A stretch of DNA of 40,388 bases from a virus. Lineage: Duplodnaviria; Caudoviricetes. This document shows positions 26,717 through 35,465 of this stretch, in pieces (position 1 is the stretch's first letter; each line of letters starts with the position of its first letter). A model generated the notes under the pieces. It did not search any database. It had not been told where the DNA came from and was given only the letters and a program-made list of their open reading frames with translations. Where the stretch lies: the IMG/VR virus record IMGVR_UViG_3300032373_001138, positions 1 to 40,388 of that record. One strand, 5' to 3'. The translations under genes were made by a program, and so were the position numbers.

Positions 26717-26974
26717 ACTTCCGTCACTTACGTCAAACTAAAATTGACGGAAGTTTGACGGAAGATTTCTACTTATATCATTGTTATTATTAATTAATTA
26801 TAGATACGTCATTACGTCAACACTTTCCTAGAGGTTCCCTAAAATCGCTCAGATTCCCAGTCTTGGGGGGGTATCTTATTCTACGTGACGCTTGACGTAT
26901 TGACGGAAGTGTTTTCTGCCATTGTTTCAGCGCCTTACCTATCAACTTACGTCATTTGACGGAACTTTGACGTT
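26717..26974. repeat. Iteron array around an AT-rich core, probable replication origin
   Basis: About 12 copies of TGACG(G/T)AAGT or its TGACG core in both orientations, flanking TTATTATTAATTAATTATA; directly downstream of the primase-helicase gene. Confidence 0.78.
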
Positions 26975-26975
26975 G

Positions 26976-29270
26976 TCATAAGCCCCCCGAAGTAACGCGA
27001 TGGAACTGAGCGGGTCGGCCGCTCCCTTTGACTTTGAATCCCGTGACCTGTTCGCTTTCCAGCAATGATTGCAGAGTTTCACGGCGGGTTTTTGGGTCCA
27101 GAAACTGGCATTTCCGGGTCAGATCGCGCTGTTTGATACCCTTTTTCCCCGCCTTTCGAATGATTTCCAGTATTCGTTTGTGGTTTCGTTCTGAGTCCGT
27201 GTCCGCGATATGCCGCTCGGCTTGAACGACAAGTGTGCCAACGCAATGGGCCACCAGATCCCGAGCCCACTTCGCATCCTCGCCCCGAATAACTGGTGCG
27301 CGCGGGTTGGCACTCACCGCCTTGATCAGCGCGATTTTCGCGGTGTTCTCCCACACCCGGGCCAGAACGGCTCCTTGATCGGTACCCAGCGCCGCGCGCT
27401 GCCGGGCTGTCATCTCCTCATCCAGCGCATCAAAGATCATGAGCGCCTCGGGGTTCATCGGGACCATGACCGGATCCGGACGCACCGTTGCTGATCCGAT
27501 TTGCGCCAGATTGCCCCGCGATTTCGACCCGACCGCGGCAACGGCTTTTACGCCTTTTAGCAGTGATCTGGGCAGCTCCGAAAGCGGAGCCGGTCGACGG
27601 TTGCGATCCGGGATATCATCCTCGCTGCGAAACACCAGAAACCGGGCCAGGCTACCGTCTTGCAATGACCCGCTGGAAAGTGCGTCCCAGAACGGACCGG
27701 GCGCACTGACGCCATGTACTGAGGTGCAGGGCTCGATGATGTCCTGGCGCGGCCGTTCCTTTTGATCAGCGTATTCAGCCCCCATGAAGGTGGTGCCGGC
27801 GCTGGTGGCGAGCTCGGTAAACAGGTCCCAGATTTCCGAAAGGTGTTTTGGCGCGCGACGTTTATCGACCACATTGGCCATGAAGCGCCCGAACTCATCG
27901 ATCTGAAACAGCGAGGAAGGCTGACGGGTCAGCGCCGAGATCAACCCCGCGCCCGAGGCAATCCGCTCGCCACCAAGATGGGCCTCAAAGCCTGCCTGGG
28001 TGAAGATTTCCTTGATCGCCTTACGCGCATGATCCTTGCCACCGCCACTTTCAGCAATGCCAACCACGTTGAGGTTTGAACGCAGATTGCTTTCGGTGCG
28101 CACTTTGCGCCCCATCAATGCTCCAAGGGCGGTCAGGGATGCCCCGAGTGCCAGCCATGGCTGCGGGCGGATGGCGGTGGCCACGATATGATCCACCATC
28201 AGTTTGAGAACACCATCAAGGCGATCCGGTGACGGGGCCGGTGGCACCGTGATCTGGGAGGGTTTATCACTTTCTTCCGTTTCACCCGCGTCATCACCGG
28301 ACATTGCAGCCAGCAACCCGGCCGCCGGATGCGCGGGGTCGGCCTTGACCGACCCATCAAGCACGAGGGCGGCATCTGGTTTCCAGCCGCGCTCCATGGC
28401 CATGTGATAGATCGTGCCGGCGCCGATGCTGGTGGGGTTGAATGAGGCCCAGCTTTTGTCGGTAAACGCGGGCTCGTTCTTGCCTGCTTGCGCCGACCAG
28501 GTGGCAAAGAGATCAGCTCCGGCCTCACCAAGCGCGCCTTTCAGCGCCATGCCGATGCGCATCCAGCTGTCGTAATCAAGATCGGCATTGGGCAACCAGG
28601 CAAGGGCGGATTTGATCGCCGGGGCCGTGCCTTGCTGAGCCAAACCTGAGGCGGGCTTGTCGTTCGCACCAGTTTCCAACCGGACCGGGCGCAGCCGCTC
28701 CGGGATCAGTTCCATGGCCGCCTCAAGAAACGCATGCGCCTGTTCTTCGGTAATTTCCGGCAGGCTGTCGATATCAAGATCAGCCAGCCCCTCTTCCGGC
28801 CAAACATACGGTGTGCCGGTGTCGGGATGCGTGGCGTAGGCCACAAACTGCTGACCTGCGCACAAAACCTCGAGCGGATGGCGCTTGATGCCTTTGAACG
28901 GTGTCGCGGCGCGATAAACCAGCAGGCGTTTTGGCGCGCGGCCAATTCTCAGCGCCGGGCTGTCGCCGAGATGCTCACGGCACAGGCGTTCAGTCTTAAG
29001 CGCCAGATCAGGATCAACAACGATATCGATATCAACCGCTGCCACCGATCCACAAACCACCCCAATGCCGGCACCCGGCCATTTTGACCACGTCACGACC
29101 TCAAGATCTGTCGGACACCGCTCACCATATTGCGGCCAGCCAGGAAACTCGCCCCAGGCCCCGGAGCGATACCTCCCCGGTTTCTTGGTGCCCGGTGCGA
29201 TTGGCAGGATTGAATAGCCGTTGGCGATAAGGCGCGCGCCAAACTGGGCCATATAGTTTGCCTCAGTCAT
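26976..29270 (-). CDS. Bifunctional primase-polymerase with PriCT-2 and DUF3987-like helicase domain
   Basis: PIAPGTKKP, AVDID, QFVAYATHPDTG (prim-pol); DYDSWMRIGMALK..W (PriCT-2); AESGGGK Walker A and IDEFG Walker B. Confidence 0.9.
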   Translation of the reverse strand: MTEANYMAQFGARLIANGYSILPIAPGTKKPGRYRSGAWGEFPGWPQYGERCPTDLEVVTWSKWPGAGIGVVCGSVAAVDIDIVVDPDLALKTERLCREHLGDSPALRIGRAPKRLLVYRAATPFKGIKRHPLEVLCAGQQFVAYATHPDTGTPYVWPEEGLADLDIDSLPEITEEQAHAFLEAAMELIPERLRPVRLETGANDKPASGLAQQGTAPAIKSALAWLPNADLDYDSWMRIGMALKGALGEAGADLFATWSAQAGKNEPAFTDKSWASFNPTSIGAGTIYHMAMERGWKPDAALVLDGSVKADPAHPAAGLLAAMSGDDAGETEESDKPSQITVPPAPSPDRLDGVLKLMVDHIVATAIRPQPWLALGASLTALGALMGRKVRTESNLRSNLNVVGIAESGGGKDHARKAIKEIFTQAGFEAHLGGERIASGAGLISALTRQPSSLFQIDEFGRFMANVVDKRRAPKHLSEIWDLFTELATSAGTTFMGAEYADQKERPRQDIIEPCTSVHGVSAPGPFWDALSSGSLQDGSLARFLVFRSEDDIPDRNRRPAPLSELPRSLLKGVKAVAAVGSKSRGNLAQIGSATVRPDPVMVPMNPEALMIFDALDEEMTARQRAALGTDQGAVLARVWENTAKIALIKAVSANPRAPVIRGEDAKWARDLVAHCVGTLVVQAERHIADTDSERNHKRILEIIRKAGKKGIKQRDLTRKCQFLDPKTRRETLQSLLESEQVTGFKVKGSGRPAQFHRVTSGGL

Positions 29271-29668
29271 CAGAACGGCACTCCTTCGCGCATGGAATTG
29301 ATGCGATCCTGATCGCGCGCGGCCAGATCGCGCAGATGATCGCAATAAGCGGTGACAACGATTTCAATGAAGGCCTGCCAGTCTTCGAGGCTGATCTGCG
29401 CCAGATCGGTCTGGTCCAGATCATCGAGAAACGCACCACCCGATTGCGCCCCTTCTTTCAGGGCGTCCTGTTCATTCGGGGTTGGATCGATCATGGCTTT
29501 TCTCCTGGGGCAAAAGGTCTGGTAGATGGTCTGGCAGGTTCGGCTGCAAAGATGGGTTCGGGTTGCATCACGACGGGGGTCATGGACCCGGTAGTCTGCA
29601 TTGAACCAGCCAAAGCCTCGGGCCTCGCGGTGGCAGATGGCGCAGAGCCCGTTTGAGAAACGGCGCAT
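29270..29668 (-). CDS. Zn-finger plus DUF6511-like protein
   Basis: CAIC...CSRTCQ followed by MIDPTPNEQDAL...TDLA...W..FIE.VVTAY; its stop overlaps the primase ATG. Confidence 0.7.
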   Translation of the reverse strand: MRRFSNGLCAICHREARGFGWFNADYRVHDPRRDATRTHLCSRTCQTIYQTFCPRRKAMIDPTPNEQDALKEGAQSGGAFLDDLDQTDLAQISLEDWQAFIEIVVTAYCDHLRDLAARDQDRINSMREGVPF

Positions 29669-31236
29669 GGTTCAAACCTCGCGTTGGTGATTTCACTAAA
29701 ACGCCCGTTGGGCCGGACCTGGATTTCCAAAGGGGTCGCAAGATATTTAATCCAGGTAAGCGCCCCATCGATGCTTTTGGGGATCACGCCGGCATTGCGT
29801 GCCCGCCACCAAATCTCGGCCTTTTTGCGCGCGTATCCCTTATGTTGAAGACACACCCATTCGCTGTAGGTCACGAGACCGCATTGATACTCGATGCGCA
29901 GCGACGGCGGTTTGCCGGGCTTGCGGTGCTTGGCGTAAGAAACGCGATCCACCTTCACCCACTGGGGGTCGCGATTTGAGAGGATCAGTTCGGTTGAGGC
30001 CCTGGGTTTCAGTTTTTCTGCAGGCGGCGGGAACGCATAGCCGCAATCGGGACAAATCGGCGCGCTGATCGGCAACAGGCTCTGGCAGTCCGGGCAGGTT
30101 TTGAGCGGCACATCACCGTCGCCCTTGCCGGGAGTTTTGGGGCGCACCAGATCAATCGGACCGTGGCGGGTCACGTTGCCGGCAAAATCAAGCACCAGAC
30201 AGTTATCCTTGCCAGGCGCCAGTCTTGTGCCGCGCCCGGCCATTTGCACAAAAAGCCCCGGCGATTTGGTGGGGCGCAACATGGCAATGAGATCAACCCC
30301 GGGTGCATTGAACCCGGTGGTCAGCACCCCCATCGAGGCCAGCGCACGCAATTTCCCGCGTTTGAAAGCGGTGATGATCCGGTCGCGCTCGTCTTTTGGC
30401 GTGTCGCCAAAGATCGTGGCGCAGCTTATGCCTTTGTCCCGAATGGCCTTTGCCACATGGCGCGCGTGATCAACACCCGAGCAAAACACCAGCCAGGCTT
30501 TGCGATCACGACCGAGTTTGACAATCTCGTCCACGGCGGCCGCCGTGATCGCCTCCTTGTCCACCGCTTCCTGCAAGGCACCGGCGATAAACTCACCGCC
30601 GCGTGTGCCGACACCGTTCAGATCGAGCGCCGTGCCGGTGGCTTTGCTGACCAGCGGGCAGAGATAGCCCTGATCGATCAAGTCGCGCACCGGAACCTCG
30701 TAAGCAATGTCGGTAAACAGCGCGTTTTTGCCCTGATGCAGCATGCCGCTATCAAGGCGAAACGGGGTTGCGGTAAAGCCGATCACTTTGAGCTTCGGGT
30801 TAATGTCGCGCAGCTGCTCCAAAAACCGGCGGTACATGGTGTTGCCGGAACCCGGAATAAGATGGGCTTCGTCCACCAGCACCAGATCGGCATGACCGAT
30901 TTCAGCGGCGCGTTTGTGAACCGACTGGATACCGGCAAAGAGAATGCGCGCATCCGCCTCGCGTCGCCCAAGCCCTGCCGAATAAATCCCGGCCGGAGCC
31001 TCGGGCCAAAGGCCGATCATTTCGGCGTGGTTCTGTGCGATTAATTCGCGCACATGGGTCAGGATGAGGATGCGCTGGTCCGGCCAGGCCGTCAGAACGC
31101 CTTTGATGAAGCTTGAGGTTACCAGGGATTTGCCACCGGACGTCGGGATCACAATCAGAGGATTTCCCTTTTTGGTCTCGAAATAATCATAGATCGAAGC
31201 GACAGATGCCTTCTGATATGGGCGCAGGGTCAGCAT
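29491..31236 (-). CDS. SF2 DEAH helicase (RadD/YejH-like) with C-terminal Zn finger
   Basis: LRPYQ, PTSGGKS, DEAH, TATP, QMAGRGTR, CPDC...CPDC. Confidence 0.93.
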   Translation of the reverse strand: MLTLRPYQKASVASIYDYFETKKGNPLIVIPTSGGKSLVTSSFIKGVLTAWPDQRILILTHVRELIAQNHAEMIGLWPEAPAGIYSAGLGRREADARILFAGIQSVHKRAAEIGHADLVLVDEAHLIPGSGNTMYRRFLEQLRDINPKLKVIGFTATPFRLDSGMLHQGKNALFTDIAYEVPVRDLIDQGYLCPLVSKATGTALDLNGVGTRGGEFIAGALQEAVDKEAITAAAVDEIVKLGRDRKAWLVFCSGVDHARHVAKAIRDKGISCATIFGDTPKDERDRIITAFKRGKLRALASMGVLTTGFNAPGVDLIAMLRPTKSPGLFVQMAGRGTRLAPGKDNCLVLDFAGNVTRHGPIDLVRPKTPGKGDGDVPLKTCPDCQSLLPISAPICPDCGYAFPPPAEKLKPRASTELILSNRDPQWVKVDRVSYAKHRKPGKPPSLRIEYQCGLVTYSEWVCLQHKGYARKKAEIWWRARNAGVIPKSIDGALTWIKYLATPLEIQVRPNGRFSEITNARFEPCAVSQTGSAPSATARPEALAGSMQTTGSMTPVVMQPEPIFAAEPARPSTRPFAPGEKP

Positions 31237-31238
31237 GA

Positions 31239-32174
31239 TCACGCCTCCTCAACATGGGCTTGGTCCACCCAAGTGGAGCCGTCTGCCATGTGATACGTGA
31301 CGAAGTTGTCACCCGCGTCGATAACCTCGCCCGGTACGAGTTCGGGGATGTAGAGGTGCTGTAAACAACCGAAACGTTGACCTGCGGGGCTGAGCATCCG
31401 GTCGTGCCGTGCGCAGTGCCAACCTCCGTCGACAGGCGTCGAATGCAGGCAGGAGCGGCAGGTGTAGGCGGCAAGCCTGCCCCCATGGCAAAGATCATGG
31501 TAATCACAGAAGCGACATTCAAACCAGGCCGGGTCTTCTGATATGCGGCTGGGCGGTCGAGGCGCTGTAATCACCCGTTTGGCTTTGTTCAGCAAGCGCT
31601 GGCCAGCGTCCCGATCGGCATGGATGCGTTCGACATAAAGCGCGTCCGTGTCCTTGCAGACCGCGATGTAAATCGCCCGGGTGATTTCCGTCAGATACAT
31701 GTAAATCTGCATCTGGGCGGCGTGTTGGGGTTTGGAGGCCTCAACGCCCTTGGCGCAAAGATCACGAAAGCTCTTCACCCCATGGGTTTTGAACTCGACC
31801 ACGTGCCAGGATTTCGGGGCTTCAAGGATGCCGATCGCCACGCCATCGAGCGAGCCGCCGAAATGGCCGCCATGAGCCTGAACCGAAAACTGCCGCCCGG
31901 TTTCTGGATCAACCTCAAGCACCGTCGCGCCGGTGTCGCGCAGATTGCGCACCAGACGATCTTCTTCGCGCTGGCCGGTTTCAAACAGGCGCAGAATCCG
32001 GCCCTCGTGTTTTGCCGACGTTGCCCAGCGAAAGTCATACCAAAGGGCGCGGGCGCAAGCTTTGCCAATAATGGACGCGCCGAGATGGGCGCGAAAGCCA
32101 TCGCCGCGATTGGCCTCGTAGGCGGCATAGATGGCATCGATCGTCGGGGATTTTTGCTCGGGAAGGGCCACCAT
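31239..32174 (-). CDS. PD-(D/E)XK exonuclease, Cas4-like with Cys clusters
   Basis: HLGAS.IG..C, GSLDG, EFKT, QMQIYM, CRFC...C...CRSC. Confidence 0.82.
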   Translation of the reverse strand: MVALPEQKSPTIDAIYAAYEANRGDGFRAHLGASIIGKACARALWYDFRWATSAKHEGRILRLFETGQREEDRLVRNLRDTGATVLEVDPETGRQFSVQAHGGHFGGSLDGVAIGILEAPKSWHVVEFKTHGVKSFRDLCAKGVEASKPQHAAQMQIYMYLTEITRAIYIAVCKDTDALYVERIHADRDAGQRLLNKAKRVITAPRPPSRISEDPAWFECRFCDYHDLCHGGRLAAYTCRSCLHSTPVDGGWHCARHDRMLSPAGQRFGCLQHLYIPELVPGEVIDAGDNFVTYHMADGSTWVDQAHVEEA

Positions 32175-32554
32175 CACGCACCCCTCTCGTTCAGAAGCTT
32201 GGCGTGAGCAGCGTCAACTAAGGCCTGCCAGACCTCGGGCGGCATTTGCGCGCGCGCCTCGGCAATGATGCAATCCTTAAGGCGCTCTTTGGGGTGCGGC
32301 AGGCCCGCAATGCGCGCCAGCACCTCCCGACGCTCCTGCCGGAAATGCCGCAAGGCGGTGTTGGCCTTGTGAAACCAGCGCGCATCAATCGGCGTTTTAA
32401 TAGTCTGGCGTTCAAGATCGGCGGCGGCCAACTGGGTGCGAATAGCCGCGATGTCATCATCGACCTCGGCCAGTTTGGCGATCAGTTTGGTGCGGTTGCC
32501 GGGCAAATATCCCCCGGTCGCATGCGTGCGGCATGCGTTGTCTAGGCTCTTCAT
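32174..32554 (-). CDS. Hypothetical coiled-coil phage protein
   Basis: ATG 32554 after GGAGA; in operon between DUF669 and the nuclease. Confidence 0.65.
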   Translation of the reverse strand: MKSLDNACRTHATGGYLPGNRTKLIAKLAEVDDDIAAIRTQLAAADLERQTIKTPIDARWFHKANTALRHFRQERREVLARIAGLPHPKERLKDCIIAEARAQMPPEVWQALVDAAHAKLLNERGA

Positions 32555-32638
32555 TGGAAGTCTCCGGTTTCTTGCTGGGGTTTTCCCCACCACCAATCCT
32601 GGTGTGACTTGGTGGTGGGGTTCAGTTTACAGAGCGCC

Positions 32639-33184
32639 TCAGCCTGGGCGTTTCCACGGGGCGGAACCCGGGCGCGGGGTTGGCGTCGGTGTTGGCGTGG
32701 GGGTCGGGCTTGCAGACGATGTCTGAGGCGCCGAACGTTGCGGCCGCCTCGCCCCCGACGCCGGGTTGCCGCCTGATTTCGCCGCTGCCTCCGGAGTCAA
32801 ATAGCGAATGCGGTTGCGCTCACCAAAACCGTTTTTCGCCGGATCAATGGTGACAACGATCGTTAATGGGATCAGGTGCAGATCCTCGGAATCACTCACC
32901 TGCATCTTGCCTGTGGCATGGCAAATCGCCGACAGGGTTCGTTGTGCAATCTCGACCGTCTGGGCATTGCGGTTGATCAGATTGAGCTGATCAAACACCT
33001 TGCGCCCCTGATAGGCGCCTTCAAGAATATCCAGCATCAACCAGAGATACTGGCCCATGCCATCCTTGGTCACGCGCAGATCGCTCTCGATGATCTGGGC
33101 CTGATAGCGCCCGGCTGGCAGCACCTCATAGGCGGTTGCGGGATCAACGCTGTTAGCGTCAAACGCGGTGTCAAACTGGGCCAT
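32639..33184 (-). CDS. DUF669 protein (putative phage single-stranded DNA-binding protein)
   Basis: LPAGRYQAQI, YQGRKVFDQLNL, IAQRTLSAICHATG; low-complexity PT-repeat tail ending PWKR. Confidence 0.82.
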   Translation of the reverse strand: MAQFDTAFDANSVDPATAYEVLPAGRYQAQIIESDLRVTKDGMGQYLWLMLDILEGAYQGRKVFDQLNLINRNAQTVEIAQRTLSAICHATGKMQVSDSEDLHLIPLTIVVTIDPAKNGFGERNRIRYLTPEAAAKSGGNPASGARRPQRSAPQTSSASPTPTPTPTPTPRPGSAPWKRPG

Positions 33185-33186
33185 GC

Positions 33187-33972
33187 TCAGGCCTCCTTTT
33201 GTTCAGTTGCAACTTGTTCGGTTGTGGAAAAATGCGGCATGGCATCGGCAAACGCTGACCATTCAAGTTCCATGCTGTCAGGCAGGTCAAACCGGTTCTT
33301 GGCCAGAAACGCCGGGCGCTCGTTGGTGTAAAGAACCCGCTGTCCGCTCCCGAGAGCGCGGGTGACTTTCTTGTTGAACCCCACGTCCGATTTGACCGTG
33401 CTGATGCGATAATTGGCAAACAGCACCACGTCTGCATGCTCCTGCAACAAGGCGGAAGCGCGCGCATGCAGTTTGATCAGGTAGCGATCGTAAGGATCGG
33501 ATTCCGGGTTATCAAAACGGCGGATATCAGTGTGGGCGATCTGGATCACCGTCATGCCGCGATCATGGCGCAGGGCATCGAGCCAGACCAGATAGTCACG
33601 CCAGACATCAAGGGCAGCCGCATAGCCTTTGCCGTATCCAGCAGCCTCGATATTTTCCCACTTGTTTTCAGCGCAGGTCTGCGCCCAGACCAGCGGCTCG
33701 AGCCAATCGACACTGTCAATCACCACGGTGCAGTAATCGTGATCCTCTTCATGCAGCGCCTTCAGGGACGCAATGACCTCGTCAAAGCTTGCAGCCTGCG
33801 GGAAATGCGGCACATCAAGAATACCGAGGCCATTTTCAGTGCAAACGATGACAGGGTTGTTGCTCTGGGAGGCAAATGTGGTTTTGCCGACCCCGGCAAC
33901 GCCGTACAGCAGAATGTTCGGCGGCTCCAGATGCGTGCCGGACTTGATCAGGGACAGGGGTGAAATAGCCAT
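33187..33972 (-). CDS. AAA_24 family ATPase (Sak4-like recombination protein)
   Basis: YGVAGVGKTT Walker A, VIDSVDWLE, GYGKGY, AKNR. Confidence 0.87.
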   Translation of the reverse strand: MAISPLSLIKSGTHLEPPNILLYGVAGVGKTTFASQSNNPVIVCTENGLGILDVPHFPQAASFDEVIASLKALHEEDHDYCTVVIDSVDWLEPLVWAQTCAENKWENIEAAGYGKGYAAALDVWRDYLVWLDALRHDRGMTVIQIAHTDIRRFDNPESDPYDRYLIKLHARASALLQEHADVVLFANYRISTVKSDVGFNKKVTRALGSGQRVLYTNERPAFLAKNRFDLPDSMELEWSAFADAMPHFSTTEQVATEQKEA

Positions 33973-34036
33973 CAGGTTTGGTCTCCTTTGGATTGGCTGA
34001 GGGTCTTGGTCGAAGGGAAAGAGCATGTTTTGTGGA

Positions 34037-34525
34037 TCATTGATCCACCTCCTGCGAAGTCAGGGCCACGCTCAACTGACCGACCTTGACCGTGCGCGCA
34101 GGTTCAAAATCCCGCCGGAGATAATCCGGCCAGGCGGTGTATTTGCGCTCGGGCACCTTGAAACTGACGTCGACGTATTGCGCCGGATCGTCGCCCGCGG
34201 TGCGGATAACATTGACCATGTCGGCTAGCTTGGCCTGATCCCAGCTGACACGTTTGGGGAGGTCGGCGACAATGGTGAAATCGCCGTCATCAAAGCGAAC
34301 GGTGCCGGTGTCCTTGCCCATTTCGTGGCGCAGGGTTTCGGCGCGGGCGGCGTATCGGATGGTCAACGCACCATCGAGGCGGGACTTGCTGGCTTTGATC
34401 CGTTTCGCAGCCTCGTCGATCTCGCGTTGCAGAATGGCCAGCAATTCAACCGGCAGGGCAGCAATCTCCGGTGGCGGCATAGATGTCAGATCATCGACGC
34501 GCGGGGCGTTTTCGGGGAAGGGCAT
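34037..34525 (-). CDS. Hypothetical phage protein of the recombination module
   Basis: ATG 34525 after GGAGA; GKDTGTVRFDDG...LPKRVSWDQ..L...VPERKYTAWP. Confidence 0.72.
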   Translation of the reverse strand: MPFPENAPRVDDLTSMPPPEIAALPVELLAILQREIDEAAKRIKASKSRLDGALTIRYAARAETLRHEMGKDTGTVRFDDGDFTIVADLPKRVSWDQAKLADMVNVIRTAGDDPAQYVDVSFKVPERKYTAWPDYLRRDFEPARTVKVGQLSVALTSQEVDQ

Positions 34526-34569
34526 GTATTTGTCTCCATGTTGGGAAAAAAGGGATTGAAAAGGGGTCA

Positions 34570-34995
34570 TCAGGCGTTCGCCCTGCCACTCGAACCAATG
34601 GCGTGGCTGGGCTCACCATTCAGAAGCAGCGCCGACAATGACGCGGCGGTGGGTCTGGTTCTTGGATTGGGGCGGGCAATGGCGATGTAGGAAAACCGAT
34701 CAACCGCAAGGCGCTCCTGCACCAGATGCACGAGGCCAAGTTCAAAGGCCCCACGCGCCTTTTGCGCCAATTGCCCGAGAGCTTTGCGGTCCGCCTCGGA
34801 CGGGGTGGCAATCGGCGAGTCCACGTCCACGCCGAGAAACCCGCGATGGTATTCAAGGCGATCGCCCGGCTCGGCTTGAGTGACCCAAGCGAGAAACTCC
34901 ACATCACTCACGCAGAATTTGCACGGGATCATTTGTGGTTTTGGTTTGCGCGGCCCGCGGGGTTTGCAGACCTGAATGTCGATGGGCGCGTTCAT
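34570..34995 (-). CDS. Hypothetical phage protein
   Basis: FLAWV.QAEPGDRLEYHRGFL...GLVHLVQER; 4-nt overlap with the AlpA-like gene. Confidence 0.7.
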   Translation of the reverse strand: MNAPIDIQVCKPRGPRKPKPQMIPCKFCVSDVEFLAWVTQAEPGDRLEYHRGFLGVDVDSPIATPSEADRKALGQLAQKARGAFELGLVHLVQERLAVDRFSYIAIARPNPRTRPTAASLSALLLNGEPSHAIGSSGRANA

Positions 34996-35228
34996 TGGGC
35001 CGCCCCCGCTGGTGTTTTTGCCAGCGTCTGGAGTTTGGCCTTTTGTGCCAACGCATTTTGGCGAATCTTGGCTTCATGCGCCTCGATATCTTCCAGCCGA
35101 TAAACAACCCGGCTGCCAAGTTTAAGAAACGTCGGGCCTTCGCCGTTCCCGCGCCAACGCTCCAAGGTGCGCGGCGAAACACACCAGCGCATTGCCAGAT
35201 CGATTGGGGAAAAATGTCTGATTGCCAT
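34992..35228 (-). CDS. AlpA/excisionase-like HTH DNA-binding protein
   Basis: LAMRWCVSPRTLERWR..GEGP.FLKLG.RVVYRLEDIEA; GGAGA RBS. Confidence 0.88.
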   Translation of the reverse strand: MAIRHFSPIDLAMRWCVSPRTLERWRGNGEGPTFLKLGSRVVYRLEDIEAHEAKIRQNALAQKAKLQTLAKTPAGAAQ

Positions 35229-35281
35229 CGTAATCTCCTTCGGCAGTTCTGTTAAATCCTGCGGAGACGATGGCGGACCGG

Positions 35282-35462
35282 GAGAGAGAAAACCGACCCC
35301 CTAAGAGAGAGAAAAACAGAGAGAAAATTGAGAAAGGCCGGCGTTGGGGCATAAAATTTACCCCGGAAGGGCCGAAGTATGGCTGCTGGGAGCCCCAGAA
35401 TCGAAAAAGGCCGCCGATTTTACACCGGCGGCCCTGAAGGAGAGAGAAAACAGAGAGAAAAA
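35282..35462. repeat. GAGAGAAAA direct repeats (operator-like)
   Basis: GAGAGAGAAAAACAGAGAGAAAA at 35305-35327, near-identical copy at 35440-35461, and a further GAGAGAGAAAA at 35282. Confidence 0.7.
35404..35433 (-). terminator. Rho-independent terminator after the two-gene operon
   Basis: Minus strand GGCCGCCG-9 nt-CGGCGGCC-TTTTT. Confidence 0.7.
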
Positions 35463-35465
35463 TGT

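Noticed and set aside
25031-26974. Repeat clusters as CRISPR arrays
   Set aside because: Units are 9-11 bp, degenerate and in both orientations, without unique spacers of regular length.
31239-32174. Cas4-like nuclease as a sign of a CRISPR-Cas system
   Set aside because: No repeat-spacer array or other cas genes; it sits in a phage recombination operon.
32676-32710. Pro-Thr repeat in the DUF669 tail
   Set aside because: Codons vary, so it is an ordinary low-complexity linker rather than a tandem DNA repeat or contingency locus.
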